Part shown: positions 62,801 through 64,000 of the stretch, piece after piece | Layout of the letters: each line of letters starts with the position of its first letter | How positions within the stretch are numbered: the stretch's first letter is position 1 | Source: Amoebophrya sp. A120 | Lineage: Eukaryota; Protista; Dinoflagellata | Assembly (NCBI GenBank): GCA_905178155.1 | Contig: CAJINV010000002.1 | Span: forward strand, 1,671,216-1,735,215 | Reading direction: 5' to 3' | Length of the DNA stretch: 64,000 nt | Position numbers and translations under genes: made by a program | Notes under the pieces: model-generated | Seen by the model: only the letters and a program-made list of their open reading frames with translations | The model's database searches: none | Told to the model about the DNA's origin: nothing

Positions 62801-63888
62801 TTTTGCATGGACTCAGTCAGCACCTGATGCGAAACAACATCGAACCCCGCCTCGTTGTCGTTTAGCAAAAGGAATTTTCTCAGCCCACTAGCCTCCAGCC
62901 CTTCCTCAGAAAACAGAAACTCGATAATCGAAATAGCCCCAAATTTGTGATGCACATTTGTGACCCCAAATCTTGTCTGTATTGCAAGAAGGCAAGTCCG
63001 GAGAGCCCCCTGCATTTTGCAGGCGGTTTGTGATGCTGTTGGGCTTAGAGCATACGCTTTTGCCATGCTAGGCGCCTACGTCAAAACCTCTCGACCGAGG
63101 CTTGACATATGCCTGCAGACCTCTACTGCAAGACAAATCTGATTTGTGTACGGAAATCCAGCATCAGAAACTTCGTTTCGATATGGGGAGGGGGGATTTT
63201 TCCTCTTGATATCGGACGCATTCTGCGAGTTAACATCGCTTCGCTGCACTGCGCCGGACCGCGCGGCAACACTTCCGCCGGGGGTTAAAGACCCACCATG
63301 ATCCCTATTCTGCAGGTTTTCCTGCTTTAGAAGCAAAACACTCGTTCCTGAATCCGACTTCCCAGTCAACTGGGCATTCTCCCCGCCAGGCGTTATCGGC
63401 ACCTCGCCCTGCAGATTGTTGTTCGCCGCGGTAGTTCCGAGGGATTGCTGCGCCAATATCCCATCCGCTTGGTTGTAATTCGACACATGCTGGTCTGGGT
63501 CGACGAACTCAATCCCTTCGTAAGGGACAACATTAGAAACGCAAGCGAAGTTACCATTCAACTTCGAATTGTCCCCGTTGTTTGTCAACTGCTTCCGGAT
63601 TCTTTTCAAGATTTTCACGATTTCGGAAAAAACCTTCGGGTCGAGTAAGTCCCGGTGGAAGAAAACCTTACAGATCACTTTCCCATGTTTCGTATGGGTT
63701 GACTTCGCCGTTTTGAACAGCTTGTTGCTCGCGAGCCATTCTTCGTACAGCAGATTGTTGACGATCGGGACATTCGCCGTGTCGGAGAATTTGTTGGCTC
63801 CTGCGCCAGTAGTGGTGGAAAGTGTCGTCTGGGTCGACTGCTGCTCAGATAAATGCCCCTGGACACGGGTGGAAAAGTTGTTGCCCAT
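50841..63888 (-). CDS. VPS15: Vps15 / phosphoinositide 3-kinase regulatory subunit 4 (kinase-like domain, HEAT repeats, WD40)
   Basis: N-terminus MGNNFS (myristoylation-type). Kinase-like motifs LHDRLHCRPFL, HLDIKSEN, DFSFYF, LAPER and MDIFSAGCV; HEAT segment FGR|TGMHNFLLPHLISFMNTNDWEVRASF; WD40 end TAGRDGLVKLWC*. The frame is restored by removing 8 introners (each with one DR) and one GT-AG intron at 55103-55242. Confidence 0.92.
51570..51715. mobile_element. Introner family B in VPS15
   Basis: DR GTGCC/GTTCC. Confidence 0.88.
51779..52040. mobile_element. Introner family A in VPS15 (right end CTA)
   Basis: DR CATTA. Confidence 0.88.
52703..52981. mobile_element. Introner family D in VPS15
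   Basis: DR CATCG. Confidence 0.9.
53086..53349. mobile_element. Introner family A in VPS15
   Basis: DR AGTCG. Confidence 0.9.
54502..54710. mobile_element. Introner family C in VPS15
   Basis: DR AGTCC/GCTCC. Confidence 0.85.
54790..55041. mobile_element. Introner family A in VPS15
   Basis: DR GCGGG/GAGGG. Confidence 0.88.
55103..55242 (-). other. Canonical GT-AG intron in VPS15
   Basis: AAG|GTATAG...CACACAG|GAG; AT-rich, no TIR; frame MLVK|EQQTIL. Confidence 0.7.
55763..56024. mobile_element. Introner family A in VPS15 (left end CAT)
   Basis: DR TTCTC. Confidence 0.88.
58441..62940 (-). mobile_element. 5'-truncated non-LTR retrotransposon (RNase H-bearing, I-group-like) nested in an introner of VPS15
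   Basis: Poly(A) tail appears as T19 at 58441-58459. The TSD AAATTTGTGATGCACA(TTT) is at 58425-58440 and 62941-62956. About 2 kb of 3' non-coding sequence follows the ORF. Confidence 0.9.
60442..62940 (-). CDS. 5'-truncated LINE ORF2: C-terminal half of RT, RNase H and CCHC zinc knuckle
   Basis: RT motifs PGMPQGSP and QFSDD. RNase HI motifs ATDG, FDAE, LDSNS and WTPGH...NDCAD. Zinc knuckle CKLC...DHALFEC. The first ~42 aa of ORF 60442-63066 are host introner sequence. Confidence 0.85.
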   Translation of the reverse strand, partial: GAISIIEFLFSEEGLEASGLRKFLLLNDNEAGFDVVSHQVLTESMQKLGVPVDLVCATVQWLSYRKVRIKTGTRYWTLSPGMPQGSPYSGGCFNCHNCILIQKMETINADGAQNQFSDDNSQCGTGDQQKVSELKKDLVQAGRESFIFFEESKSEAIYYDVGVSKKVEISDASRSLGFFYDGTWDFSSHYEITKRKMTQENNSVARLKSIRVTTKIDVYVSLVYSAVLSNSVPFFPYFKKSNKLQLQKDTAKFLKNICMLPRQIPNTLLHRCAGIPDICTLMAVENLMLYYKGIALKQWAIDKVPSVRAARLLDSVEATCPAKFLHEMDKKHLQWTEIVQALSVKLFPDIHSFFRRKKLHIGKVFWRGVNLDARSMDRVGKDYGLGKLSGLKDGALNIARHVIAADHNRMARSILRQSPKNLVTATDGLVDKERSLGVGAGASWWWEPIGLGRGSPHPTYSAGAGWPVLRCEEEITAEANDDETPEPILVTGCYVTSSLEDVAVDSFDAECFGLLEQLIEIHEHLEKRPILRKTIRSFWFFLDSNSIVQALECYDDSSNPMIHQIMKVMEMIKVLCVGICPNGDEEVWFHYRWTPGHAKMALNDCADFLTNAFHRAWTDGQQPKTATKWRKWMTAPILRRLLVKRILEDKFKKCNTIPEYMKKRADEMGRFRPPVGTFPNKEAEMLYLWIWLGYAPSPHLACGDVVYQGGTCLQKCKLCGRLCPCCVDHALFECEKLEAARLKHFGFASRPPSMAQGMLLSPQKILRFVIDEATNLTHEFYRKRVGEVIENISTSIDKKQKNHVRSGNVFQMQKTARSMKVMTRILDGKYLE

Positions 63889-64000
63889 CTTTGCTACTGC
63901 AGCTGAGTAGAAGTTGTCAAGGGGTCATACAGGAGGCGAGGATCATCTTGCTCGTCATTTTGGTTCACGGAGTGTCGTAGTCGCGGGCCTGCGATACCGC

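Larger units (their letters stand above)
58375..63211. mobile_element. Introner family E in VPS15, expanded to 4.8 kb by a LINE insertion
   Basis: DR TCGGA; frame restored (QNASD|QATASH). Confidence 0.9.

Noticed and set aside
62941-63066. N-terminal 42 aa of the 874-aa retroelement ORF as a real start or fusion
   Set aside because: It lies outside the LINE TSD and is family E introner sequence that happens to be in frame.

Overview
This is eukaryotic protist DNA. The architecture matches the non-canonical inverted-repeat/direct-repeat 'introner' introns reported for the parasitic dinoflagellate Amoebophrya; the taxon is inferred, not proven. I count 85 short mobile elements in at least 9 families. 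Nearly all begin TAT and end ATA, have terminal inverted repeats (TIRs), and sit between 5-bp direct repeats (DRs); none has GT-AG ends. I removed each element plus one DR copy by hand. This restores (i) one continuous minus-strand ORF from ~42174 past base 1 (76 elements, ~4,650 aa in the window, a secreted multidomain protein), (ii) a Vps15/PIK3R4 gene at 63888-50841 and (iii) a small DUF1330-like gene at 48205-47178. All short families share an internal TGTVWTGC/GCAWBACA motif lattice, often at 31-33 bp spacing. Other TEs (two Helitron/Helentron-like elements, a 5'-truncated LINE, two TIR elements) are found only nested inside these introns, three of them at or across the shared motif. Two loci stand out: a tandem triple element with shared ends but different interiors (30018-30797), and a 4.8-kb introner (34908-39736) filled with captured gene fragments separated by copies of its own flanking exon. 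Family letters A-I are my own labels; all coordinates were counted by hand.
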